This document shows, one piece after another, positions 8,276 through 17,557 of a stretch of DNA of 64,000 nucleotides. Source of the DNA: Candidatus Omnitrophota bacterium (GTDB lineage: Bacteria > Omnitrophota > Gorgyraeia > Zapsychrales > Zapsychraceae). The stretch spans positions 24,817-88,816 of the forward strand of contig JANQMA010000012.1 in NCBI GenBank assembly GCA_028280285.1, written 5' to 3'. Below the pieces are notes generated by a model. The model searched no databases, was not told where the DNA came from, and saw nothing but the letters and a program-made list of their open reading frames with translations. Both the position numbers and the translations under genes were made by a program. The stretch's first letter is position 1; every line of letters begins with the position of its first letter.

Positions 8276-10531
8276 ATGGAACAAGCACGGATCAAAAATC
8301 ATACACAGCTTCTTTGTGATGTCGGAGAGCTTGCGGGACTGTTTCATGATTCAACCAGCCTCGAGGGCTTTCTGCAGCGCATCGTCGAGATGGTTGCCGA
8401 GCATATCAAGGCCGAGGTGTGTTCGATTTATCTTTTTTATGAAGATACACAAGAATTGGAATTAAGAGCGACTAAAGGTCTTAACAAGGATCTTATCGGT
8501 AATGTTAAGTTGAAACTCGGTGAAGGGTTAACCGGTTTGGCTCTTAAAGAGTTACGTCCTGTTAGAGAAGAAAATGCGAGTAAAAATGAAAACTTCAAAT
8601 TTTTTCCGGGGTTGGGGGAAGAGCAGTATGAATCATTTCTAGCCGTGCCTATTCTGCGTGGACGCTCGCGCATCGGCGTTATGGTTGTGCAAAAAATAAC
8701 TAAACACTATTTTTCCGAGGAAGATGCAACTGTCCTGCGGGCGATTACCTCGCAATTGGCTAATACCATTGAAATGACCCGCGTTATTCTCGGAGTGGAT
8801 GAAGAGCATGATCTGCGCAAGGAATCTTTTCAAGAAGAGCAGGCCGACATTATTTATGGCCAGGTCGGTTCCTCCGGTTTTGCATTGGCTGAAGGTTTGG
8901 TTATTAAGGATGATGTGGAAAAGTTGATTGTTGAAGATAATAAAACGTATTCCTATGATGATCTTGAACGTGCATTTGCCGAGACCGAAGAACAACTTGA
9001 GAGTATGCAGACCCAAATTGAAGAGAGGCTCGCCGATGTCGCCTCGCTTATTTTTTCCGCTCAAATTCTTATGCTTAAAGATAAAAGTTTTGTGGATCAT
9101 ATCCGCAATGGTGTCAGCAATGGCGAAAACCCTCCGCAGGCCGTACTACGCGTTGTTAATCAATACATAGATAAATTCAGCAATATCCCCAATCCTTATA
9201 TTCGCGAAAAGGCAAATGATGTGCGTGATATCGGTAAACGTCTTCTTAATAACCTGACGGACAAAAAGGATGTGTATTCCGATACGCAAGATAAAATTAT
9301 TATTGCTAAGGAGCTTTTGCCGTCGGATGCGCTCAAATTTAGCTCCCAGGGGGTTAAGGGAATCATTGTTTTACGCGGTGGGGCAACGGGCCATTTAGCG
9401 ATTTTGGCTCAGTCGCTTCAGATACCGCTGATCATCGCAGATGTCAAAAGTCTTCTTAACACACCTTTAGCTACGCCGATTTTGATGGATGGTAATCAAG
9501 GCCTTATTCATATCAATCCGTCGGATGAGATTATTAAATCTTATGAGAGTTTTGTCACGCATGCTGTAGATCTTGAGGTGCTTAAACAAGAGGTGAAAGA
9601 CACAACCCAAACGGTTGACGGGACATCTATTGATTTATACGCCAACATTAATTTATTAAATGATCTTGACCACGCAATTGCCTTTAAAGCACAAGGGGTC
9701 GGGCTTTATCGCACGGAGTTTCCATTTATTGTGCGCAGTAATTTTCCTAATGAAGAAGAGCAACTGCTTGTTTACCGGAAATTATTATCCCAGATGGAAG
9801 GCAAGGAGGTGACGATCCGTACCCTTGATATCGGTGGAGATAAGGTGCTCAATTACTTTCAGGAAAACGCGAATGAAACCAATCCTTTTCTGGGGTTGCG
9901 TTCCATCCGTTTCTCTCTTAAATATCAGGATATTTTCCGGAATCAAATCCGGGCGATTTTACGTGCCGCGGCTGACAGGGAGTCTATTCGCATTATGTTT
10001 CCTATGATCTCATCGCTTGATGAATTTATCGATTCCAGGGCTGTTGTGTATGAATGCATTGAAGAGCTAAAGTCCTATAATCTTGATTTTTGTGCAAATG
10101 TGCAAATCGGTATGATGGTTGAAATCCCATCTGTCGTTGGGATTATTTATGATTTAGCCAAAGAGGTGGATTTTTTCTCAATCGGTAGTAATGATTTTGT
10201 GCAGTACATGTTGGCGGTTGACCGCACGAATGAAAAGGTGTCTTATCTTTATATGCCACATCATCCGGCCGTGTTAAGAGGTCTTAATAAGATTGTTACT
10301 AAGGCCTGCGAAATGGATAAGCCTGTTTCGCTTTGCGGAGACATGGCACATGATGAAAGGTATTTGGAGTTTCTTATCGGTATTGGACTAACAAATTTTA
10401 GTATTAACCCGCTTTATATTCCACGTGTACAAAAATTTATCGAGGGCCTTGATGCCAAGCAAGCTAAAGAAAAAGCGTATGAGGTGCTTAAGATGAATAG
10501 TCTTACGGAGCTGGGTAAGGTATTTGAATAA
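8276..10531 (+). CDS. ptsP: Phosphoenolpyruvate-protein phosphotransferase with N-terminal GAF domain (EI-Ntr type)
   Basis: N-terminal GAF; GGATGHLAILA phospho-His motif; GLYRTEF; RTLDIGGDK; FFSIGSNDF. Confidence 0.92.
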   Translation: MEQARIKNHTQLLCDVGELAGLFHDSTSLEGFLQRIVEMVAEHIKAEVCSIYLFYEDTQELELRATKGLNKDLIGNVKLKLGEGLTGLALKELRPVREENASKNENFKFFPGLGEEQYESFLAVPILRGRSRIGVMVVQKITKHYFSEEDATVLRAITSQLANTIEMTRVILGVDEEHDLRKESFQEEQADIIYGQVGSSGFALAEGLVIKDDVEKLIVEDNKTYSYDDLERAFAETEEQLESMQTQIEERLADVASLIFSAQILMLKDKSFVDHIRNGVSNGENPPQAVLRVVNQYIDKFSNIPNPYIREKANDVRDIGKRLLNNLTDKKDVYSDTQDKIIIAKELLPSDALKFSSQGVKGIIVLRGGATGHLAILAQSLQIPLIIADVKSLLNTPLATPILMDGNQGLIHINPSDEIIKSYESFVTHAVDLEVLKQEVKDTTQTVDGTSIDLYANINLLNDLDHAIAFKAQGVGLYRTEFPFIVRSNFPNEEEQLLVYRKLLSQMEGKEVTIRTLDIGGDKVLNYFQENANETNPFLGLRSIRFSLKYQDIFRNQIRAILRAAADRESIRIMFPMISSLDEFIDSRAVVYECIEELKSYNLDFCANVQIGMMVEIPSVVGIIYDLAKEVDFFSIGSNDFVQYMLAVDRTNEKVSYLYMPHHPAVLRGLNKIVTKACEMDKPVSLCGDMAHDERYLEFLIGIGLTNFSINPLYIPRVQKFIEGLDAKQAKEKAYEVLKMNSLTELGKVFE

Positions 10532-10537
10532 TAAATT

Positions 10538-10605
10538 TGTGTAATGTGTCATGTGTTATGTGTAATAAAAATTTTAATTACACGTTACACTTTACACATT
10601 ACACA
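10538..10605. repeat. Heptamer-period palindromic element (TGTGTAA, 4+4 units)
   Basis: tgtgtaa tgtgtca tgtgtta tgtgtaa ... attacac gttacac tttacac attacac. Confidence 0.85.
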
Positions 10606-10624
10606 GTAGAAGCAAGGAGCAAGA

Positions 10625-11698
10625 ATGGAAATTGGAATCGTTGGCCTGCCTAACGTCGGTAAATCAACTTTGTTTAATGCCCTAACGGGGGCTTCAGCAG
10701 CATCGGAAAACTTTCCGTTTACAACGATTGAACCGAATGTCGGTATTGTACCGCTTCCTGATATACGTTTGGGTGAACTTGTTAAGCGTAACAATTCACA
10801 AAAGGAAGTACCGGCCGGGATCCGGTTTGTGGATATTGCAGGGCTTGTCAAAGGCGCCTCTGCCGGCGAAGGTTTAGGCAATAAATTCTTGTCGAACATA
10901 AGATCCTGCGAAGCGATTGCGCATGTGGTGCGGTGTTTTGAAGATGATGATGTGGTTAATGTTATGGGGGCACTTGATCCGGATGGAGCCGCTGAAATTA
11001 TTGAAACGGAACTCATGATTGCCGATATGCAGCAGATTGAAAAAACCATTGATCGTTTACGTAAGATCGCTAAAACAGGGGATAAAGAGGCCCAAGCCAA
11101 GCTGCCTCATTTAGAGACAGCGCTTAAAGGCCTAGAGGAGGGCAAGTCGGTCAGAACACTCGGAATTCCGGAAGATATTGTGCAGGAGTATCAATTTCTT
11201 TCTGGTAAACCGATTCTTTATGTTGCCAATATTGATGAAAACAATTCAGCCCCCGAGGCGATTGAAAAATTAAAAGCGCGTGCCAAGCGCGAAGGCGCCG
11301 AGATCGTTGTATTATGTGCGAAGATGGAGGCCGAAATTGTGCAACTACCCGAGGAGGACCGCTCCGATTATTATGAAGCGGCCGATATCGATAAACCAGG
11401 TTTGCATACCCTCGCTGAAGCGGGATGTCGCCTTTTAAAGCTTGTTTGTTTTTTTACCTCTGGGGAAAAAGAAACCCGTGCTTGGTTGATTCCTGAAGGC
11501 ACCAAAGCCCCCCGTGCCGCTGGGAAAATTCATACCGACATCGAACGCGGATTTATCCGGGCCGAAACATATACCTACGACGATTTAATCAAACATGAAT
11601 CAGAGTCTGCCCTGCGCTCAGAAGGTCTTATGCGCTTAGAAGGCAAAGAGTATGTGATGCAGGATGGGGATGTGGTTCACTTCAGGTTCAGTGTGTAA
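10625..11698 (+). CDS. ychF: Redox-regulated ATPase YchF
   Basis: GIVGLPNVGKSTLFN, DIAGLVKGAS, GFIRAE, EGKEYVMQDGD. Confidence 0.97.
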   Translation: MEIGIVGLPNVGKSTLFNALTGASAASENFPFTTIEPNVGIVPLPDIRLGELVKRNNSQKEVPAGIRFVDIAGLVKGASAGEGLGNKFLSNIRSCEAIAHVVRCFEDDDVVNVMGALDPDGAAEIIETELMIADMQQIEKTIDRLRKIAKTGDKEAQAKLPHLETALKGLEEGKSVRTLGIPEDIVQEYQFLSGKPILYVANIDENNSAPEAIEKLKARAKREGAEIVVLCAKMEAEIVQLPEEDRSDYYEAADIDKPGLHTLAEAGCRLLKLVCFFTSGEKETRAWLIPEGTKAPRAAGKIHTDIERGFIRAETYTYDDLIKHESESALRSEGLMRLEGKEYVMQDGDVVHFRFSV

Positions 11699-11714
11699 AG
11701 GGAATAAAGATAAA

Positions 11715-11880
11715 AAGTGGTAAAGTGATAGAGTGGCAGAGTGGTAAAAAGGTTAAAGGTTGAAATTAAATTGTTAATCTTAAACCTATAATATTACTTT
11801 TATCTTTATTATTTCTTGATTGTTTTACTATCACTCTACCACCAATTATCACTTTACTTATGCTTATCACTTTTTACCTT
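11715..11880. repeat. Octamer-period palindromic element (RAGTGRTA units, inverted TATCACTY units)
   Basis: aagtggta aagtgata gagtggca gagtggta ... tatcactc taccacca ... tatcactt. Confidence 0.6.
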
Positions 11881-11898
11881 TGACACGGAGCTCATAAA

Positions 11899-13101
11899 TT
11901 GCTAACGCGCAAGATCGCCCACCTCGACATGGATGCCTTTTTTGCGGCCGTTGAACAGCGGGATAATCCTTCTCTTAAAGGAAAACCTGTTGTCATCGGT
12001 GCTGACCCGAAGGGAGGGCAAGGGCGCGGCGTTGTGTCTACCTGCTCTTATGAGGCGCGTCCCTTTGGCATTCATTCGGCCATGCCAATAACGCGTGCGT
12101 ATCGTTTATGTCCACATGCTGTTTATTTGCGGGGTAATTCCCGTAAATACCGTCATGCTTCCAATCAAATTTTTGATATTCTTAAAAATTATACACCGGA
12201 CATTCAACCAATATCCATTGATGAGGCCTTTATGGACATCTCGGGATGTTTTCATGGATCAGAGACAGCAACTGATCTTTGTTGTCGGATTAAAGATCAC
12301 ATTAAAAGAGAGGTACAGCTTAATGCCTCTATTGGCATTGCGCCCAACAAAATGATCGCCAAAATTGCCTCGGATTATTGCAAGCCTGATGGCTTGCTTG
12401 AGATAAAGCCGGAGGACATGCTCAACTTTTTATGGCCGCTGCCGATTGGTAAGATTTGGGGCGTTGGTGCTAAAACGCAAGAAGCGCTCGTCGCGATGAA
12501 TATTAATAATGTCGGAGATCTTGCCAAGTATCCGGTAGACAAACTGCACGCACGTTTTGGGGAATATGGAATTAAGCTTTCGAAATTAGCTAATGGGATT
12601 GATGAGCGTCCGGTCGAGGATGATGATGAAGTTAAATCAGTCTCTAATGAACATACCTTTGATACCGATACACGTAATCTCGATGAAATTTATGATAAGC
12701 TGCTTTTTCTAAGCCAAAAGGTTGCCCGTCGCCTGCGTCGCCATGGACTTAAAGGAAAGACGATAGGTATTAAAATCCGTACCGCGGATTTTCGTACCAT
12801 TACCCGTGCGCATACTATTGGTCAACGTATTCATTTTGATGATATTATTTACAAGGAAGTTAAACAGATGTTTGAGGCTAATTATAAGCCTAACACGCGT
12901 ATTCGCTTGATCGGTGTGCGGGTATCTAATTTCGAAGATCCGTATGTTCAGGAAAGCTTGTTTGAATCACCGGAAGATAGTAAGAGAGAAAGTATGTACA
13001 AAGCAATCGATCAGATTAAAGATAAATACGGAGAAAAGGCCATTAAGAGCGGTCATGTGAAAACGCATGAAAACAAAGAAGTACGGGACAGGAATTTGTA
13101 A
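11899..13101 (+). CDS. dinB: DNA polymerase IV
   Basis: HLDMDAFFAAVE, SYEARPFGIHSAMP, SIDEAFMD, KIASDYCKPDG. Confidence 0.95.
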   Translation: MLTRKIAHLDMDAFFAAVEQRDNPSLKGKPVVIGADPKGGQGRGVVSTCSYEARPFGIHSAMPITRAYRLCPHAVYLRGNSRKYRHASNQIFDILKNYTPDIQPISIDEAFMDISGCFHGSETATDLCCRIKDHIKREVQLNASIGIAPNKMIAKIASDYCKPDGLLEIKPEDMLNFLWPLPIGKIWGVGAKTQEALVAMNINNVGDLAKYPVDKLHARFGEYGIKLSKLANGIDERPVEDDDEVKSVSNEHTFDTDTRNLDEIYDKLLFLSQKVARRLRRHGLKGKTIGIKIRTADFRTITRAHTIGQRIHFDDIIYKEVKQMFEANYKPNTRIRLIGVRVSNFEDPYVQESLFESPEDSKRESMYKAIDQIKDKYGEKAIKSGHVKTHENKEVRDRNL

Positions 13102-13123
13102 CTGGTAAAAACCACGTATTAAC

Positions 13124-13157
13124 TTGTCTAATATACCAAATATGGTATAAATATAAT
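13124..13157 (+). promoter_or_regulatory. Sigma70-like promoter overlapped by a palindromic operator
   Basis: TTGTCT (13124) ... TGgTATAAA; palindrome TATACCA-aata-TGGTATA at 13132-13149. Confidence 0.55.
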
Positions 13158-13161
13158 ATCC

Positions 13162-13378
13162 GGCTCGAGGCCGGTTGTATTGCATTGTGCAGCGACTTAA
13201 ATCGTTTGCGAGACCGTGAACGATTCTCCGGAGCGAAACAATGCAATACAGAACCCCGAGAGCTTTATTTATAGTTCTCGTTGGGCTTCTGCATTGGTTG
13301 CTTCGTTCCGTGCGCCGTTTGCCTCTGCTAAACGGCTTAAGTCACTCAGCAATCCAATGCAAACGGCCAACTCGAACC
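13162..13378. other. Pair of related structured elements in inverted orientation (candidate ncRNA or REP-like DNA)
   Basis: 13162-13264 and the reverse complement of 13273-13378 share conserved junctions, while their stems differ in sequence but still pair. Confidence 0.55.
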
Positions 13379-13418
13379 AATAAATATGCATTCACAAAAA
13401 ATTTGGAGGCAATTAATT

Positions 13419-13763
13419 ATGAAGGAAAAAATAATAAAAGGGAGTGACAATGTTTTTAAAGACATTGAGGCAAAAAATCCTAAACAATCTTTGGCACGTT
13501 CGGTTATTATGTCTTTGATTACCAAGGAAATCCAGGAGCGAGGTTTGACTCAAATTCAGGCGGGAAAAATCCTTGATTTACCGCAGTCAAAAGTGTCCGG
13601 TCTGATCAATGGTAAGTTGAGCCTTTTTTCTCTTGAGCATTTATGTAAAATGTTGGCTGCACTAGGCAACACAGTCTATATTTCGATTAGAAAAAAATCT
13701 CAAACATCCAAAGTGCACAAGCCAAGGAAAAGAGTAAAGGAAGTATTGGTTAAAGTGCAGTAA
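13419..13763 (+). CDS. XRE/HigA-like helix-turn-helix protein (orphan antitoxin-like)
   Basis: GGAGG before ATG 13419; GSDNVFKDI...GLTQIQAGKILDLPQSKVSGLINGKLSLFSLE. Confidence 0.8.
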   Translation: MKEKIIKGSDNVFKDIEAKNPKQSLARSVIMSLITKEIQERGLTQIQAGKILDLPQSKVSGLINGKLSLFSLEHLCKMLAALGNTVYISIRKKSQTSKVHKPRKRVKEVLVKVQ

Positions 13764-13775
13764 CTGCCCGTAGAT

Positions 13776-14615
13776 TTATCTCTTGCTGAAGTACCTTTTC
13801 TGCAATTCCTTCTTTAAAAATTTAAATGCCTCGTCGACATCATCATAGATGTGGAACAAATTAAGGTCACTTTTAGAAATGACACCCCATTTATCCAGGG
13901 CCTTGAAGTTAATCACATCATTCCAAAATTCACGTCCGAACAGAATAACTGGCATATACTTTTTTGTTTTCTGTGTTTGAATGATGGTGAGTAGTTCAAA
14001 GAGCTCATCAAATGTACCAAAACCGCCAGGGAAAACGACCAGCGCCTTGGCCAGGTAGAAAAACCAGAATTTGCGGATGAAAAAATAATGAAATTCAAAA
14101 GAAATGTCAGACGTTTGATAGGGATTGGGATCTTGTTCAAACGGAAGGCTAATATTAAGGCCGACTGATTTGCCGCCTGCTTTTTTGGCGCCGAGATTAG
14201 CCGCTTCCATCATGCCCGGACCACCACCGGAGCAAATATAAAAATGCTGCTTTTTATGATTGGCCTGGTTGAACCAGTGTGTTAATTTTTTCGCTAAGTC
14301 AACGGCCTGTTCATGATAATGGGCCAGTTTGACGGCATGCTCAGCTTTTTCGATAAGATGTGCGTAGTCTGCGTCTTTTTTATGACAACGTTTAGCGTAG
14401 GTTAGCTTTTTCTGAGCCTCTTTTAAAGAAGTAGATCTGGCTGATCCAAAAAAGACAACGGTGTTATGCACATCATTAACCCGCAAACGGTGGGCTGGCT
14501 CAATGAGCTCGCACATGATGCGAATATTACGCGCCGTAGGAGAGGCGAGAAAGTTTGGGTTTTTATAGGCCTTGATGATGGAGGCTTTTTTTGTTTTTTT
14601 GCGAGATTTAGTCAT
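13776..14615 (-). CDS. LOG family Rossmann-fold protein (TIGR00730-like)
   Basis: VFFGSAR, SGGGPGMMEAANLGA, PGGFGTFDE. Confidence 0.9.
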   Translation of the reverse strand: MTKSRKKTKKASIIKAYKNPNFLASPTARNIRIMCELIEPAHRLRVNDVHNTVVFFGSARSTSLKEAQKKLTYAKRCHKKDADYAHLIEKAEHAVKLAHYHEQAVDLAKKLTHWFNQANHKKQHFYICSGGGPGMMEAANLGAKKAGGKSVGLNISLPFEQDPNPYQTSDISFEFHYFFIRKFWFFYLAKALVVFPGGFGTFDELFELLTIIQTQKTKKYMPVILFGREFWNDVINFKALDKWGVISKSDLNLFHIYDDVDEAFKFLKKELQKRYFSKR

Positions 14616-14641
14616 TTCGTGTCCTTCGAAATAGATAAATT

Positions 14642-14706
14642 TGTTTAATGTTTATAGTTTAATGTTTATTAAGTTTACTTAAACTTTAAACAGTAAACAT
14701 TAAACT
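14642..14706. repeat. Heptamer-period palindromic element, TGTTTAA subfamily
   Basis: tgtttaa tgtttat agtttaa tgtttat ... ttaaact ttaaaca gtaaaca ttaaact. Confidence 0.8.
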
Positions 14707-14713
14707 GTTTGTA

Positions 14714-15562
14714 TTATTTTAACTTCAGTTCCGCCCAAATCGGAATATGATCGCTGGCTGATTTATCAATCACTTTGCCTTTATCAATGATGTCAAAGTT
14801 ACGTGTGTAAAAATGGTCTAATGTCGGTTTTTTATGCGCGAGAAACCAGGCGTGGTTGGTCCAGCCAATGTCATCTGTGACCCAGTCATAGTTATTGCGT
14901 TTAAATGCAGTAAATATTTCATTCTGATCTTTTTTGGTGAATGTATTAAAATCACCGCCGACAATCACATGCGTTATCTCTTCAGGGATAGTCGCGAGGA
15001 TTTTATCAATCCGTTGACGCCGTTCTGTCGGCCGGTTAAATATTCCTAAGTGAAGAGAGATCGCCGCTATGTTTGTCCCGCGGTAATCCAGTATTGTGAC
15101 AACTGCGATGCGCTGACGTTTATTAATATTTTTGTTGGGTAAAATGACTTTATAATCACTCGTAATTTTCCATTTAGACAAAACGGCATTGCCAAAGTCT
15201 TTTCCGTTAATGGGATGCAACACAGCCGGATAATAAACGTAATTATATTGAAGGGCCTGTGCAATACGCTCAACACCGTCTTGATCCATTTCCTGCAGCA
15301 AGATAATGTCGGCATCATTCAGTTCTGCGTGTGAGGACAGCACGTTCGTTGCCTTGGTTATTTTTTTTGCGTATTTGATATTATAGGAGACAACTTTGAT
15401 ATTTTTGTCAGGGTTAACCCACCCCTTGACAATGTTGTCAGATGCATAGCGTGGTTTTTCTGTAGATGTATAATTTCTCAAATAATCCTCTATCTGACTA
15501 CATCCGTTTAGAATTAAGCCTGCTAGAAGGCATATCAGAAGGTGTTTTGATTTAGAAATCAT
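14714..15562 (-). CDS. Endonuclease/exonuclease/phosphatase (EEP) family lipoprotein
   Basis: Lipobox-like LNGC; SYNI, LQE, GGDFN, LDHFY, SDHIPI. Confidence 0.88.
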   Translation of the reverse strand: MISKSKHLLICLLAGLILNGCSQIEDYLRNYTSTEKPRYASDNIVKGWVNPDKNIKVVSYNIKYAKKITKATNVLSSHAELNDADIILLQEMDQDGVERIAQALQYNYVYYPAVLHPINGKDFGNAVLSKWKITSDYKVILPNKNINKRQRIAVVTILDYRGTNIAAISLHLGIFNRPTERRQRIDKILATIPEEITHVIVGGDFNTFTKKDQNEIFTAFKRNNYDWVTDDIGWTNHAWFLAHKKPTLDHFYTRNFDIIDKGKVIDKSASDHIPIWAELKLK

Positions 15563-15673
15563 GCATAACCGTCATAATATTTTCATATCACCAGCACGCC
15601 AAAAGTATAGCACATTTTTACTGTAATTTTATATTTTCCCTTTAAAATATAATTGTCTTTCAACAGGTATTAT

Positions 15674-16333
15674 ATGAAAAACTGGATACTGACATTTTTA
15701 TTGCTTATTATACCTTTGTCTGCCGAAGCGGCGGAGAAATTCATCTATCAATCGTATGACAAAAATAATGAGCTTCTGGATCATTGGTTTTCACTAGAAT
15801 TTATTGAACGTAATGCGCAAGGATGGCGCATGCGCTCGCATCGTAAAATTGATGGGCTTGATATTTATGAAGAATATCAACTGGATGAGAATTATGCCAC
15901 ATTGTGGTGGAATGTCGATTGCAAAGAGCACGGCACCTCTTATAAGGGAAGACGTGTGGGTAATAAGTTGATTATGCAGGGCAGGCTCAATGGCAAGGAA
16001 TTGACACGGGAGATTAAAATCGATGACAAGCCCTTTTATTATAATCCTAAGGTCGGGTTGATTCCTTTTGCTAAATCCGATGAGACGAAACATGAATTTT
16101 GGGGTATTCATAACCTTGTTTTGGCGCGGTATAATTTAATTGCCAAAAAGATCGGTAAACAAAAGCTTTTAATTGACGGAGTTGAAGAGGAGGTCGTTGG
16201 GATTGAATGGAAGGCCCGACGTGTTCCGGCGCTCATATTTAACCGGACCTATTGGTTTCGCACATCGGATTATATGTATGTCCGTCAGGATGAAAAACGC
16301 GGTGTTAGGCGGGAGCTTGTGGGAGTAGAATAA
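15674..16333 (+). CDS. Exported hypothetical protein
   Basis: Signal peptide MKNWILTFLLLIIPLSAEA. Confidence 0.7.
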   Translation: MKNWILTFLLLIIPLSAEAAEKFIYQSYDKNNELLDHWFSLEFIERNAQGWRMRSHRKIDGLDIYEEYQLDENYATLWWNVDCKEHGTSYKGRRVGNKLIMQGRLNGKELTREIKIDDKPFYYNPKVGLIPFAKSDETKHEFWGIHNLVLARYNLIAKKIGKQKLLIDGVEEEVVGIEWKARRVPALIFNRTYWFRTSDYMYVRQDEKRGVRRELVGVE

Positions 16334-16344
16334 TTTATCTAAAG

Positions 16345-16416
16345 AGTGATCAGAGTTCAGTGATCAGTGGTCAGTTTCCATGGTCTATGATTACTGAGCA
16401 CTGGTCACTGATCACT
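16345..16416. repeat. Heptamer-period palindromic element (AGTGATC, 4+4 units)
   Basis: agtgatc agagttc agtgatc agtggtc ... gattact gagcact ggtcact gatcact. Confidence 0.85.
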
Positions 16417-16436
16417 TGTAAAAAAAGGAGCAAGGC

Positions 16437-16718
16437 ATGACAAAAGCAACAGCAAGGCATATTTTAGTCGAAACAGAAGATGAATGTCTAAAATTAAAAC
16501 AAGAGATTGAAGGCGGGGCTGACTTTGCAGATTTGGCAGCTCAGCATTCTAAATGCCCATCAGGTCAGCAAGGCGGTGATCTAGGTGAATTTGCCCCAGG
16601 CGCAATGGTTCCGGAATTTGACAAGGTTGTATTTTCCGCAGATATCGGGACAGTCCAGGGGCCGGTTGAGACGCAGTTTGGCTATCACTTGCTTGAGGTG
16701 ACGAGTAGGGAGGATTAA
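16437..16718 (+). CDS. ppiC: Parvulin-type peptidyl-prolyl cis-trans isomerase
   Basis: ARHILV, HSKCPSGQQGGDLG, TQFGYHL. Confidence 0.93.
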   Translation: MTKATARHILVETEDECLKLKQEIEGGADFADLAAQHSKCPSGQQGGDLGEFAPGAMVPEFDKVVFSADIGTVQGPVETQFGYHLLEVTSRED

Positions 16719-16792
16719 TAAATAGTGCCAGGTACTATTTTTTGTATTTCTATTTTTAAAAATGGTAAAAATAGTACCTGGCACTATTTATT
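16717..16792. repeat. 26-bp perfect inverted repeat; each arm is itself quasi-palindromic (REP/REPIN-like)
   Basis: aataaatagtgccaggtactattttt / aaaaatagtacctggcactatttatt. Confidence 0.85.
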
Positions 16793-17441
16793 TGTAATCA
16801 TCTTTGCCTGCACATTGGCTCACGCTGACATCGAATGGGAAGATGAGGATGAAGGGAAATTTATTTTTGGCGCCCCATCCGTCGTGGAGGAGCAAAAGCC
16901 CAGAATGCCCCGTAAAAACGGTACAATTATCCGTTATTACGGGGATGGAGGGCTTAAGAGTAAAGCCACATACAAAGACGGCGTCAAAGAAGGCCCCGTC
17001 AATGAGTATTACCCTAACGGTAAATTAAAAAAAGCATTTAATTACAAGAACGGCAAAATAGACGGAAAAGTGAGCATCTATTCGCCGCAAGGGGTTCTTG
17101 TATCGCGTGAAGAATACAAAAACGAGGTTAAAGATGGCGTGGCGCTACAGTATTACCCGGATGGGACCGTTAAGATTGAAAGCACCTATCTGAATGGAGA
17201 GCGTGTTGGTGTTTCGCGCAGTTTTTATCCGGATGGTCGTCTTTGGGAAGAGGTTAATTTTGACTCAGGCCGTCAACATGGCCCCACGAAAATATTTCAT
17301 AAAAACGGTAACTTAAGGATCAATAAGATATATAATCAGGGAAGATGCGAAACGATGACAAAGTATAAAAATGGTGAAGCGGTATCGGAGGAATCTTGCG
17401 GATCTAATGTTAAGGTTCAAAGTGATTTAGATAGTGAATGA
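16725..17441 (+). CDS. Exported MORN-variant repeat protein (YwqK-like)
   Basis: Repeated YYPNG/YKDG..G units; hydrophobic segment ending LAHA; start uncertain because it lies within the inverted repeat. Confidence 0.8.
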   Translation: MPGTIFCISIFKNGKNSTWHYLFVIIFACTLAHADIEWEDEDEGKFIFGAPSVVEEQKPRMPRKNGTIIRYYGDGGLKSKATYKDGVKEGPVNEYYPNGKLKKAFNYKNGKIDGKVSIYSPQGVLVSREEYKNEVKDGVALQYYPDGTVKIESTYLNGERVGVSRSFYPDGRLWEEVNFDSGRQHGPTKIFHKNGNLRINKIYNQGRCETMTKYKNGEAVSEESCGSNVKVQSDLDSE

Positions 17442-17447
17442 TAGGTT

Positions 17448-17512
17448 TGTTCAATGTTTAGAGTTTATTGTTTTAAAATCGTGGTTAAACATTAAACAGT
17501 AAACTTTAAACT
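17448..17512. repeat. Heptamer-period palindromic element, TGTTTAA subfamily
   Basis: tgttcaa tgtttag agtttat tgtttta ... ttaaaca ttaaaca gtaaact ttaaact. Confidence 0.75.
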
Positions 17513-17557
17513 GTTTGATGATAATGATTGTTTTCTAAAGAAAGGTTAAGCTACACA

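Noticed and set aside
13273-13378. Hammerhead ribozyme in copy B (ctgagtga...cgaa)
   Set aside because: Does not fit the CUGANGA/GAAA core, and copy A lacks it.
13241-13447. 68-aa ORF as the missing HigB toxin
   Set aside because: No RelE/HigB features, and it is read through the structured repeat pair.
16725-17441. YwqK-type antitoxin of a toxin-antitoxin pair
   Set aside because: MORN-variant repeats with an export signal and no adjacent toxin; the label is generic.
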